From the NCBI GenBank assembly GCA_963722105.1, contig CAVRKQ010000010.1, forward strand, positions 12,291-76,290: a stretch of 64,000 nt of DNA, read 5' to 3'. Position numbers and translations under genes: made by a program. Every line of letters starts with the position of its first letter. Positions within the stretch are counted from its first letter, which is position 1. The DNA is from an uncultured Chloroflexia bacterium (GTDB taxonomy: Bacteria; Chloroflexota; Limnocylindria; Limnocylindrales; CSP1-4). A model generated the notes under the pieces. That model searched no databases. It saw nothing but the letters and a program-made list of their open reading frames with translations, and had not been told where the DNA came from. This document shows, one piece after another, positions 10,700 to 19,674 of this stretch.

Positions 10700-10965
10700 G
10701 GCGAAGACCGAGAGGAGTAGCGCCTCCAGGGCCACGAAGCGAGCGCGGGACGGTGCGAGCCGCGCAGGTACAGGGGCGTGAACGTCACTCGCGAGCCATG
10801 CGGCCGGCGCCCGATAGCGCGCCACGAGGAGGCCCCGGCGCCGGCACTGCGCCGGACCGGCGGGCGATGAGCCCACCGACGGGACCTCGAACCAGCAGGT
10901 GGTACCACGACCCCGTTCGTCCGCTGGATGAGCGGGTCGTTCGATTCCCGGAGGCAAACGCGACG
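10700..10965 (+). promoter_or_regulatory. T-box riboswitch leader, Val (GUC) specifier, controlling valS
   Basis: Ordered motifs: AGUA 10716-10719, AGCGA 10738-10742, GGUGCGA 10752-10758, GAA-C-GUC-A with GUC at 10784-10786, and T-box core GGUGGUACCACG at 10898-10909. Competing helix ACGACCC (10907-10913) / GGGUCGU (10934-10940). SD GGAGG at 10950-10954. Confidence 0.75.
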
Positions 10966-13734
10966 ATGACGGAGCAGGGGAGCCAGGCCAACGAGGCGGG
11001 GGCTGCCGCGTCCCTGCCGAAGGCCTACGTGCCGGCCGACTTCGAGGCGGCGATCTACGACCGCTGGCTGGCTGCCGACGTCTTCGCGCCCGACGGCGCC
11101 GGTGCGCGCCCCGATCCGAGCCTGCCACCGTTTGTGATCATCCAGCCGCCGCCCAACATCACGGGCGCGCTCCACCTCGGCCACGCGCTCACATTCGCGC
11201 TCGAGGACACGATGATCCGCCACGCCCGGATGCTGGGCCACGAGACGCTCTGGCTCCCCGGCCTCGACCACGCCTCCATCGCCGCGCAGTACGTCCTCGA
11301 CAAGATCATCGCGGCGGATGGTGAGACCAGGGAGTCGCTGGGACGCGAGCGCTACCTCGAGCGGATGTGGCAGTTCATCAACGCGACCCGCGAGGTGATG
11401 CTCGGGCAGGAGCGGCGGCTCGGGGCGTCGGCGGACTGGAGCCGCCTGCGGTTCACGATGGACGAAGGCTCGGCCCGCGCCGTCCGCGTCAGCTTCAAGC
11501 AGCTGTTCGACGACGGGCTCGCGTACCGGGCCGAGGGACTGATCAACTGGTGCCCCGGCTGCCGGACCAGCGTGTCCGACCTCGAGGTCATCCCGACCCC
11601 TGAGACCGGCACGCTCTGGTCGATCCGCTACCACCTGCTCGACGACGCGACCGGCGAGCTGGACCCGGACGCGGGGATCACGGTGGCGACGACCAGGCCG
11701 GAGACGATCCTCGGCGACACCGCGGTCGCGGTCCATCCGGAGGACGAGCGCTACGCGGCGCTCATTGGGCGGAAGGTGCGCATCCCATTCGTCGAGCGCG
11801 ATGTCCCGATCATCGCCGACGAGGTGGTCGATCGAGCGTTCGGAACGGGCGCGGTCAAGATCACGCCGGCCCACGACCGCGAGGATCACGCGACGGGTCT
11901 CCGCCACGGCCTGCCGATGATCACCATCCTCGCCGACGACGCGACCATCAACGAGGCTGGCGCTGGGTATGCCGGCCTGGATCGGTACGCGGCCCGGGAG
12001 CGGATCCTCGAAGACCTGGAGGCGCGCGGCGACCTCGAGGGCGCCAAGCCGAACGAGATGCTCATCGGGCGCTGCCAGCGCTCGAACGACGTCATCGAGC
12101 CGCGGCTCAAGACGCAGTGGTTCGTGAAGACCGGCCCGCTGGCCGACGCCGCGCTTTCTGCCACGCGCTCCGGCGAGACCCGGATCGTACCGGCCCGCTT
12201 CGAGAAGGTCTGGGAGAACTGGCTCACCAACATCCACGACTGGAACGTCAGCCGGCAGCTGTGGTGGGGTCACCGCATCCCGGCCTGGTACTGCCCTGAC
12301 GGCCACGCGACCGTCTCTGCCGCGGCCGATGGGCCCGAGCGGTGCGACATCTGCGGCCGCGGGGCAGGGGAGCTGACCCAGGATCCGGACATCTTCGACA
12401 CCTGGTACAGCTCCGGCCTCTGGCCGTTCTCGACGCTCGGCTGGCCGGATCGGACCGAGGACCTGCGGCGCTACTACCCGGGCGCGATCATGGAGACGGG
12501 CTACGACATCATCTTCTTCTGGGTCGCCCGGATGATGATGCTGGGCATCCACCTGCTCGACGCCGCGCCATTCCAGAAGGTCTACCTCCACGGGCTCGTG
12601 AAGGACCCGTACGGCCAGCGGATGGCGAAGACGAAGGGCAACGTGGTCGACCCGCTGGAGGCGATCGACGCTGCCGGCGCCGACGCGCTCCGGTTCTCCC
12701 TGCTGAACGGCACCTCGCCCGGCAACGACCAGAAGTTCTCGAGCGAGCGGCTCGAGGACGCCCGGAACTTCGCCAACAAGCTCTGGAACGCGACGCGGTT
12801 CGTGCTCGGGGCCCGGCCGGCGACGATCGATGGCGTCGGCGCGACGACCCGCCAGGCGCCGGACGAGGCGAATCTCGGCCCGACCGAGCGCTGGATCCGG
12901 TCGCGCGCGGCCGCCACGGTGGCGGCCGTCGACCGCGGCTACGCCGACGACAATTTCGGGGAGGTTGCGCGGGTCCTGTACGACGCGATCTGGGCCGGCT
13001 TCTGCGACTGGGGCATCGAGCTCGCGAAGGTCCGGCTCGCCGATGCGTCGCTCACTGAAGGTGCGCGCGAGGACACGTGGTGGGTGCTGGTCGAGGCGCT
13101 CGATACCTACCTCCGACTCCTGCACCCGCTCATGCCCTTCGTCACCGAGGCCCTCTGGGGTGCCTTGCCGCACGCCACCGACGACCCGGAGCTCCTGATC
13201 GTCGCCCGCTGGCCGAAGGCCGGCGTGATCGACGCAGCGCTCGAAGGGGACGTCGAGCAGGTGCTCGAGCTCGTGCGCGCCGTCCGCAACGCGCGGGCCA
13301 CGGCAAGCGTGGCCGCGTCGGCGCGGCTGCCGCTGGCGGTCGCCGTTCCAGCAGCCCTTCGCCCGGTCGTCGACGCGCTCCGCCCGGCCATCGAGCGGCT
13401 GGCGCGCGCCGAGCCGTTCGAGATCGCCGCCGGTGGGCTTCCGACGTCGGCCGCGGACGGCTCGAGGCGGGTGCTCTCGGTCGTCGCGGGTCAGCTCGAG
13501 GGCGCGATCACCCTGGCCGGGGATGCAATCGGCTCCGCGTCGGCAGACGCCGGCGAGCGAGCGCGAATCGAGAAGGAGCTATCGCAGGCCGAGTCGGCCC
13601 TCGCCGCCGCACGCGGCCGTCTCGGGGACGCGACCTTCCTCGAGAAGGCGCCGCCGCACATCGTCGATGGCGCCCGAATCCGCGAGGCCGAGCTCGCCGA
13701 GCGCGTCGCCAAGCTCCGGGCATCGCTCGGCTAG
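10966..13734 (+). CDS. valS: Valine--tRNA ligase
   Basis: Start at MTEQGSQ (ATG 10966) inside ORF 10594-13734. HIGH-region PPPNITGALHLGHA, KMSKS-like RMAKTKGN, C-terminal coiled coil. The frame is uninterrupted over 2.8 kb. Confidence 0.95.
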   Translation: MTEQGSQANEAGAAASLPKAYVPADFEAAIYDRWLAADVFAPDGAGARPDPSLPPFVIIQPPPNITGALHLGHALTFALEDTMIRHARMLGHETLWLPGLDHASIAAQYVLDKIIAADGETRESLGRERYLERMWQFINATREVMLGQERRLGASADWSRLRFTMDEGSARAVRVSFKQLFDDGLAYRAEGLINWCPGCRTSVSDLEVIPTPETGTLWSIRYHLLDDATGELDPDAGITVATTRPETILGDTAVAVHPEDERYAALIGRKVRIPFVERDVPIIADEVVDRAFGTGAVKITPAHDREDHATGLRHGLPMITILADDATINEAGAGYAGLDRYAARERILEDLEARGDLEGAKPNEMLIGRCQRSNDVIEPRLKTQWFVKTGPLADAALSATRSGETRIVPARFEKVWENWLTNIHDWNVSRQLWWGHRIPAWYCPDGHATVSAAADGPERCDICGRGAGELTQDPDIFDTWYSSGLWPFSTLGWPDRTEDLRRYYPGAIMETGYDIIFFWVARMMMLGIHLLDAAPFQKVYLHGLVKDPYGQRMAKTKGNVVDPLEAIDAAGADALRFSLLNGTSPGNDQKFSSERLEDARNFANKLWNATRFVLGARPATIDGVGATTRQAPDEANLGPTERWIRSRAAATVAAVDRGYADDNFGEVARVLYDAIWAGFCDWGIELAKVRLADASLTEGAREDTWWVLVEALDTYLRLLHPLMPFVTEALWGALPHATDDPELLIVARWPKAGVIDAALEGDVEQVLELVRAVRNARATASVAASARLPLAVAVPAALRPVVDALRPAIERLARAEPFEIAAGGLPTSAADGSRRVLSVVAGQLEGAITLAGDAIGSASADAGERARIEKELSQAESALAAARGRLGDATFLEKAPPHIVDGARIREAELAERVAKLRASLG

Positions 13735-13751
13735 GCGTCGAGAATCGGCCA

Positions 13752-15432
13752 ATGCCACGCCAACCGCGATACGAACCGTCGCCTGACGACACGACCGACT
13801 GGTGGCAGACCGGGGTCGTCTACCAGGTCTATCCGCGCAGCTTCGCGGACGCGAGCGGTGACGGCATCGGCGACCTCGCCGGGATCACGGACCATCTCGA
13901 GCACTTCGGGGAAGGCGCCGACGCGCTGTCGATCGATGCGATCTGGCTGTCGCCGATCTACCCGTCACCGGACTTCGACTTCGGGTACGACGTGTCCGAC
14001 TACGTGGGCGTCGACCCGAAGTACGGGTCGCTCGCGGATTTCGATCGGCTCGTCGAAGCCGCCCACCGCCGTGGGATCCGGATCGTCATGGACCTCGTCC
14101 TGAACCACAGCAGTCATCGCCACCCGTGGTTCGAGGCGTCGCGCGCGAGCCGCGACGGGCCGTTCGCGGACTGGTACATCTGGCGCGATTCGCCCGGGCG
14201 ATCGCTCCTCGGCGGTCGGCGGACGCCGAACAACTGGCGGTCCTTCTTCGGTGGTCCCGCCTGGACCTGGGACGAGTCCCGGCAGCAGTTCTACATGCAC
14301 ACGTTCCTCCCGGAGCAGCCCGACCTCAACTGGCGGAACCCGGAGGTCCGAGCTGCGCTGCTCGACGTCGTCCGGACGTGGCTGGACCGCGGCGTCGACG
14401 GCTTCCGACTCGACGTCTTCAACGTCTTCTTCAAGGACGAGCTGCTCCGATCCAATCCGTGGCGGGTCGGGCGACGAGGACTCTGGTCCTGGCAGCGCCA
14501 CATTCGCGACCGCGATCAGCCCGACATGGCCGCGCTCATGAAGGACCTCCGCGCGATCGTCGATGAACGGCCCGGCCGGATGACCGTCGGGGAGCTGTTT
14601 GACGGCCGGTTCGCGGAGGCTGCGGCCTTCATCGAGCCGCGCCACCTCGTGTTCGACTGGGCCATGGTGTTCCTGCCCTGGAGCGCCGCGGCGTTCCGGC
14701 GGTCCATCGAGGAGCGCGACGCGGCCTTCGGGCCGGATCGCTGGCCGGCGAACGTGCTCTCGAACCACGACCAGCCGCGCCACGCCAGCCGCTACGGCGA
14801 CGACCTGGCGCCCGAGATCGGTGATGCCCGCGCCAAGGTGGCCGCGGCGCTGCTGTTGACCCTCCGAGGTGCACCGTTCCTGTACTACGGCGAGGAGCTC
14901 GCGCAGCGGAACCTCTCGATCCCGAGCGCCCAGGCGTTCGATCCACCGGCCCGCCGTTCGAGCTTCCTCTTTCCGTGGTGGAACCGCGACCAGGCCCGAG
15001 GGCCGATCGCCTTGGCGCCCCGGTCCCGGCGGTGGGTTCACGACTGGCACGCCGTGGCTGCCGCTCTCACCCGACGCCGAGACACGGAACGTGGCGGTCC
15101 AGGCCGGCGATCCGGATTCCGTCCTGCAGTGGTATCGCCGGTTGCTGCGGCTTCGACGTGCGACGCCGGCAGTCAAGCGCGGGGGGCAGCGGCTGCTCGA
15201 CGTCGGGGAGGCGGACGTCCTGGCCTTTACCCGGGACGTCGCCGAGGGTGCCGCGTTCGTGGCGCTCAACTTCGGCGACGCTGCGGCGTCGATCAGCGTC
15301 CCGCCCGTGCCCGGGGCCGGCGCCGGAGCGTGGCGGCTCGCGCTCTCGACCCATCCCCGCGCGGATGCCGAGGTCATCGCCGGATCGGTCACGCTCGCAC
15401 CGCTGGAGGCGCTGATCGCCGTCGGTCCGTGA
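13752..15432 (+). pseudogene. GH13 alpha-glucosidase / oligo-1,6-glucosidase family, reading frame interrupted by one +1 shift near 15012 (probably intact in vivo)
   Basis: N-terminal part from ATG 13752 (WWQTGVVYQVYPRSF, DAIWLSPIYPSP, GFRLDV, NHDQPR) ends at ...NRDQARGPIA. It continues in the next frame as WRPGPGGGFTTGTPWLPLSPD...LQWYRRLLRLRR (ORF 14869-15432). An extra T in gccTTggcg at 15012-15013 would explain the shift. Confidence 0.85.
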
Positions 15433-15504
15433 CCCGCGGCCCGGTCGCCCATGGTGGCGCGATACGATTGCGCCTTCTCAGGATCGTGTTCGGGAGACTT
15501 GCCG

Positions 15505-16260
15505 GTGCCGCTCGAGTTCCTGCGACGAAAGGGTTCGGGGAAACCCGGGTCCAAGGGCGCCGCCCCAGAGCCGGTCGGGCCACCGCCCGTCCCGGAGGAG
15601 GCAGTCGCACAGGATCACCAGCTCCGCCTGACGTTCGGGGCCAAGACCAGCACCGGCGTTCGGCTCCAGGGCGGCCCGACGATCCTGGCGGCGCTGCCGC
15701 GGATGCTCGACGGGATCGCGATGACCGAGCCCGAGGTCGTCGACCCTCGCGATACGACGCTCGCGGTGGCGTCGCCGTACATCACCCGGACCGAGGAGGC
15801 GACGGAGTGGCTTCGGGCCCACGGCGCCAACAACCCGATCACGCGCCACGCCCTGTTCGTGCTCGAGTCGCTGGACGCCATCGACCCGGCCTACGACACC
15901 TTCGCCTGCGCGCTGCTCGACGGCGAGGTCGATCCACGGGGCTACCCGGAGTACGCCTCGGTCGTCGGCGGCGTGGCGGCGCACTGGGACGAGTCGACGG
16001 GCGACCTGATCGTCCGCGGCGTCGTCGGCTGGGGCGGCCGCGGGACCCGGGGCGACACTGACCGGATCGCGAACCGCCTGCTCGGCCAGATCCTCGGGAG
16101 CATCCTGGAGAGCGGCGATTCGCTGGGGCTCACCGGCGTCGAGCGACCTGGCGCCGGACCCGCTGGCACCGGCGTGACCTGCCAGCACTGCGGCTACCCG
16201 AACGTCCACCCCCGCGCCGTCTACTGCCCGAAGTGCGGCATGCGGATGCTCCACTCCTGA
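15505..16260 (+). CDS. Hypothetical protein with C-terminal zinc ribbon
   Basis: ORF 15451-16260. GTG 15505 lies 8 nt after GGGAG (15492-15496). C-terminus is CQHCGYPNVHPRAVYCPKCG. The start is uncertain. Confidence 0.5.
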   Translation: MPLEFLRRKGSGKPGSKGAAPEPVGPPPVPEEAVAQDHQLRLTFGAKTSTGVRLQGGPTILAALPRMLDGIAMTEPEVVDPRDTTLAVASPYITRTEEATEWLRAHGANNPITRHALFVLESLDAIDPAYDTFACALLDGEVDPRGYPEYASVVGGVAAHWDESTGDLIVRGVVGWGGRGTRGDTDRIANRLLGQILGSILESGDSLGLTGVERPGAGPAGTGVTCQHCGYPNVHPRAVYCPKCGMRMLHS

Positions 16261-16261
16261 C

Positions 16262-16678
16262 GTGCCGATCTACGACTACGTCTGCTCGACCTGCTCGACC
16301 CGCACGGAGTTCATCCACGGGATCGATGCGCCGGCGCCCCGCTTCTGCCCGGCGTGCGGCGCCGAAAGGACGCTCCGGAAGGCCGTCGTGGCGCCGTCGA
16401 TCCACTTCAAGGGCTCCGGTTGGGCGAAGAAGGACCGCTCGAGCGCCAGCAGCTCGAAGACGAAGGCCGCGGCGTCGAGCGGCTCGGGCGACGGCGACTC
16501 GAAGGGATCGGGCGACGCCGACGCCAAGCGCTCGGGCGACTCGAGCGGCGGCGACTCGGGCGGCGGCGACTCGAAGGGCTCGGGCGACTCGGGATCGACG
16601 TCGAAGCGCACCGATTCCGGGAAGTCGAAGAGCGAGCCGACCTCGTCGAGCTCGTCGAGCGCTGCAAGCGAGGGCTGA
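16262..16678 (+). CDS. FmdB-family (CxxC_CxxC_SSSS) zinc-ribbon protein with Gly/Asp/Ser-rich repeat tail
   Basis: MPIYDYVCSTCSTRTEF...FCPACG is the FmdB signature. The tail carries GDSKGSGD-like repeats. It starts 2 nt after the upstream stop. Confidence 0.8.
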   Translation: MPIYDYVCSTCSTRTEFIHGIDAPAPRFCPACGAERTLRKAVVAPSIHFKGSGWAKKDRSSASSSKTKAAASSGSGDGDSKGSGDADAKRSGDSSGGDSGGGDSKGSGDSGSTSKRTDSGKSKSEPTSSSSSSAASEG

Positions 16679-16679
16679 G

Positions 16680-16919
16680 GTGCCCGCAGCGAACGACTGG
16701 ATCAGCCTCGGTGAGGCCGCCGAGATCCTCTCCGCCGCCAACGTCAGGTTCCGGCCGGCGACGATCGGCGGCTGGGCGCGAGCCGGCAAGGTCCAGAGCA
16801 TCAAGCTCGGGGGCCGGCGCTTCGTCCGGCGCGGGGAGATCAAGGCACTGATCGCGGCGCCGCGGCGGGTCCGCGCCTCGGACCTCCAACCGGGCCTGTT
16901 CGAGGACCTCCAGGACTGA
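16680..16919 (+). CDS. Helix-turn-helix (MerR/excisionase-type) DNA-binding protein
   Basis: GTG 16680 lies 1 nt after the FmdB stop. Sequence WISLGEAAEILSAANVRFRPATIGGWARAGKVQSIKLGGRRFVRRGEIKALI. Confidence 0.6.
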   Translation: MPAANDWISLGEAAEILSAANVRFRPATIGGWARAGKVQSIKLGGRRFVRRGEIKALIAAPRRVRASDLQPGLFEDLQD

Positions 16920-16966
16920 GCCAACCGCCGCCCGCCGAGCCGCCACCGGGCGGGGCGCTCGCGGAT

Positions 16967-17833
16967 GTGCGCCGCCGCGCGGAGGCGGTGCTCGCGCAGC
17001 CGGCGGTGGCCGCCGTCCGCCGGATCCTGGATCGCTACGGCGCGGCCGGCGGCGGCCTCCTCGCCGGCGGCCTGGCGTACGCGGCGCTCTTTGCGATCGT
17101 GCCGGGTGTCCTGCTGCTGGCGGGCGTGACGGGCCTGTTCGTCGCCGACCCGGTGGAGCGCGCCAAGGTCGTCGACGTCCTCGCGGGGGTCCTCCCGCCG
17201 CTGCGCGACCTGATCACGGCGGTGCTCGATGAAGTGGCCGAGGCCGCCGGACCGGTCTCGGTCCTCGGCGCGGTGGTGCTGATCTGGGGCACGAGCCGGT
17301 TCGCGGTCGCGTTCGACGATGGGATCGCGCGGGTGATGGGCGGGTCACGTTCGCGGGGGCTGCTCGCCCGGAACCTCGGGGCGCTCGGAGTGGTCGGGCT
17401 GATGATCGGCGCGATCCTCCTCAGCACGGTGCTCTCCGGGGTGCTCGCGTTCCTCGAGGCGGCCGCCAAGGCCGGGGTGATCCCCTTGTTTGGCGTCGCG
17501 GTTTCTGTCGGGCTCGGCGTCCTGCCGGTCCTCGCGACGGCGGCGGCCACGATCCTCGTCTACCGCGTCGTGCCGGTGCCCTCGCCGCCGTGGCGAGCGG
17601 TGGTCATTCCGGGGATCGTGGTCGGGCTCGCGCTGACGATCCTGGCGCGCTTGTTCGCCTTCCTGGCACCTCAGCTGATCGGAGCCGCGGCGCTCCTTGG
17701 CACGCTGGCGACGGCCTTTGCCGCGCTGGCTTGGCTCGGACTGTCGTTCCAGGCCCTGCTGCTTGGCGCCGCGTGGGTCCGCGATCGAGCGGATCGCCAG
17801 CCGCCGTCGGGAGCGAAGCCGATCCAGACCTAG
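16967..17833 (+). CDS. YihY/BrkB-family membrane protein
   Basis: LLAGGLAYAALFAIVPGVLLL motif and six TM helices. Its stop TAG shares the palindrome CTAG (17830-17833) with the convergent gene's stop. Confidence 0.8.
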   Translation: MRRRAEAVLAQPAVAAVRRILDRYGAAGGGLLAGGLAYAALFAIVPGVLLLAGVTGLFVADPVERAKVVDVLAGVLPPLRDLITAVLDEVAEAAGPVSVLGAVVLIWGTSRFAVAFDDGIARVMGGSRSRGLLARNLGALGVVGLMIGAILLSTVLSGVLAFLEAAAKAGVIPLFGVAVSVGLGVLPVLATAAATILVYRVVPVPSPPWRAVVIPGIVVGLALTILARLFAFLAPQLIGAAALLGTLATAFAALAWLGLSFQALLLGAAWVRDRADRQPPSGAKPIQT

Positions 17834-19674
17834 GCGCTGACCTGCTGCTGCGTGCCGCAGCGCCGGCAGAACCGGGCGCTCGCGGAGAGCGAGAGGCCGC
17901 ACGAGGGGCAGGCCCGGGCTGCAAGCGGCACCATCGGCTGGGCCGCGGACGGCAGGTGGGCGCCGGGCCCGCGGGCGACCGCGGGATCATTCGCCAGTGC
18001 CGCGCCCGGCGGCGCGAACGGCGGCACGATGCGAGCAACCGGCGCGTCCGGCCACTGCGGTTCGAAGGCGGCCGATGCGGCGGCGGGATCGGGCCAGCTC
18101 ACGGGCCCGCTGGACTGCGGGCCGGGGAGCCCGCGCTCGTAGGCGGCGATCTGATCGTCGAGGTTCTGGCCCGGCTGGAAGGCCAGCGTTGCCTGCTCGG
18201 CGCTCGCCGCGGCGGCCCGCTCCGCCTCCGCCTCCGCCTCCGCTGCCCGCTTCGCGGCCTCCGCCTCTGCGGCCTGTCGTGCAACCTCCGCCTCGGCGGC
18301 GAGACGGGCCGCCTCTGCTTCGGCAGCGAGCCTCGCGGCTTCCCGCTCGGCCTGGAACCTCGCGGCCTCCCGCTCCGCTTCGAGCCTTGCGGCCTCCCGC
18401 TCCGCTTCGAGCCGCAGGGCTTCCTGTGCGGCCGCGGCTCGGCGTGCCTCCTCCTCCGCCGCGCGGCGCAGCGCCTCCTGCTCCGCCGCCTGGCGACGCG
18501 CCTCCTCCTCGGCCGCTCGACGGGCCGTCTCTGCCATTGCGGCGGCTCGCGCCTCCTCGGCTGCGCGTGCCGCGGCCTCGCGTTCCTCGCGGGCGGCGGC
18601 CTCGGCGCGGGCTCTGGCCTCCGCCTCGGCCGCGATCCTCGCCTGCTCCTCGGCTGCGGCTCGGGCCGCTTCCTCGGCCGCGACCCGGGCGGCTTCGGCC
18701 TCGGCGGCGAGCCGCGCCGCTTCTTCGGCGCGGGCAACCTCCTCGGCAGCGAAGCGGGCGGCTTCCTCCTCGGCCGCCAGGCGGGCGGCTGTCTCGGCTG
18801 CAACGCGGGCTGCCTCGGCCTCGGCGGCGCGTCTCGCTGCTTCCGCGGCAGCGGCCTCGGCCGCGGCCTGGATCTCTGCAGCAAGTCGAGCTTCCTCGGC
18901 CGCTCTCGCCTCGGCAGCCAGACGGGCGATCTCCGCGAGTCGCTCCTCCTCCGCCCGCCGCGCTGCCTCCGCGACCCGGGCCTCCTCCGCGAGTCGCTCC
19001 TCCTCGGCCAGGCGAGCTTCATCCGCGACCCGGGCCGCCTCAGCCTCGGCTTCGAGTCGAGCCTCCTCGGCGAGCCGTTCGGCCTCGGCTTCCGCCTCGG
19101 CCACCAGCCGAGCCGCCTCAGCCTCGGCCGCCAGCCGAGCGGCCTCAGCCTCGGCGGCAATCCGTGCTTCCTCGGCCTCGGCCTCGGCATCCGCCGCCTC
19201 GCGGGCCGCCTCGGCCTCCCTCGTGAGCCGTTCCGTCTCGGCGCGTGCCGTGGCCTCGGCTTCGGCGACCGCATACGCGTCGGACGGTGCGGCCGGATGG
19301 GCGTGGTCCATCGGGTGAAGCCCGACGGCCGCGTCCATGCCCGTCGCGACCGCGGAATCGACCGGGGCGCAGGTCAGGCAGCGACCTTCGACCGTGTTCC
19401 AGCAGTCCGCGCAGGTGTACTGGCGGCACGAGAGGCAGAAGTTGAAGGTCCTGTGGAAGGCCTCGAGCGCCGTCTGCGTGGAGCGCTGCTCCGTCTCCGA
19501 GCGCGCGACGGCGAGCGCCTCGTCCAGGCTCGTACCCGAATCGGAGACGAAGTGCTTGATGCCGCGTCCGAACGTGCCGATCTTCGAGAGCGGCTTCCGC
19601 CGGGTGCTCACCGGCTCGAACGTGTAGCGCGTGCCACACCGCTCGCAGAAGGACTCGGTCAGGATCTCGGTCAT
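17830..19674 (-). CDS. Zinc-ribbon protein with giant Ala/Glu/Arg-rich coiled-coil region (614 aa), function unknown
   Basis: ATG 19674 is preceded by GGGGAG. The N-terminus has four CxxC pairs (CERCG, CLSC, CADC, CLTC). About 350 aa consist almost only of A/E/R/L (AEAEAARLAAEAEAARL...). The C-terminus has a Pro-rich linker and CPSCG-x11-CRRCG. Confidence 0.7.
   Translation of the reverse strand: MTEILTESFCERCGTRYTFEPVSTRRKPLSKIGTFGRGIKHFVSDSGTSLDEALAVARSETEQRSTQTALEAFHRTFNFCLSCRQYTCADCWNTVEGRCLTCAPVDSAVATGMDAAVGLHPMDHAHPAAPSDAYAVAEAEATARAETERLTREAEAAREAADAEAEAEEARIAAEAEAARLAAEAEAARLVAEAEAEAERLAEEARLEAEAEAARVADEARLAEEERLAEEARVAEAARRAEEERLAEIARLAAEARAAEEARLAAEIQAAAEAAAAEAARRAAEAEAARVAAETAARLAAEEEAARFAAEEVARAEEAARLAAEAEAARVAAEEAARAAAEEQARIAAEAEARARAEAAAREEREAAARAAEEARAAAMAETARRAAEEEARRQAAEQEALRRAAEEEARRAAAAQEALRLEAEREAARLEAEREAARFQAEREAARLAAEAEAARLAAEAEVARQAAEAEAAKRAAEAEAEAERAAAASAEQATLAFQPGQNLDDQIAAYERGLPGPQSSGPVSWPDPAAASAAFEPQWPDAPVARIVPPFAPPGAALANDPAVARGPGAHLPSAAQPMVPLAARACPSCGLSLSASARFCRRCGTQQQVSA
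18211..19272 (-). repeat. Low-complexity GCN/GAG coding repeat (Ala/Glu/Arg heptad-like units) inside the coiled-coil gene
   Basis: Degenerate reiteration of gcc-gag-gcc / cgc-ctc units. It generates long spurious ORFs in five other frames (e.g. 17590-19830, 17997-19226, 18099-19274). Confidence 0.7.

Noticed and set aside
10696-13173. 825-aa minus-strand ORF
   Set aside because: It is antisense to valS, whose plus-strand frame carries the class I synthetase motifs. The translation is Arg/Pro/Gly-rich.
13077-16061. 994-aa plus-strand ORF suggesting a giant glucosidase fusion
   Set aside because: Only 13752 to about 15010 of this frame is GH13-like. Upstream it overlaps the valS end out of frame. 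Downstream of the +1 shift it is noise, while the real C-terminus (14869-15432 frame) and the next gene (15505-16260) are in other frames.
18211-19272. Tandem-repeat DNA or a CRISPR-like array
   Set aside because: There are no constant repeat units separated by unique spacers. The periodicity is 3 nt (codon-level) and degenerate, and the region lies inside a long ORF with structured termini.
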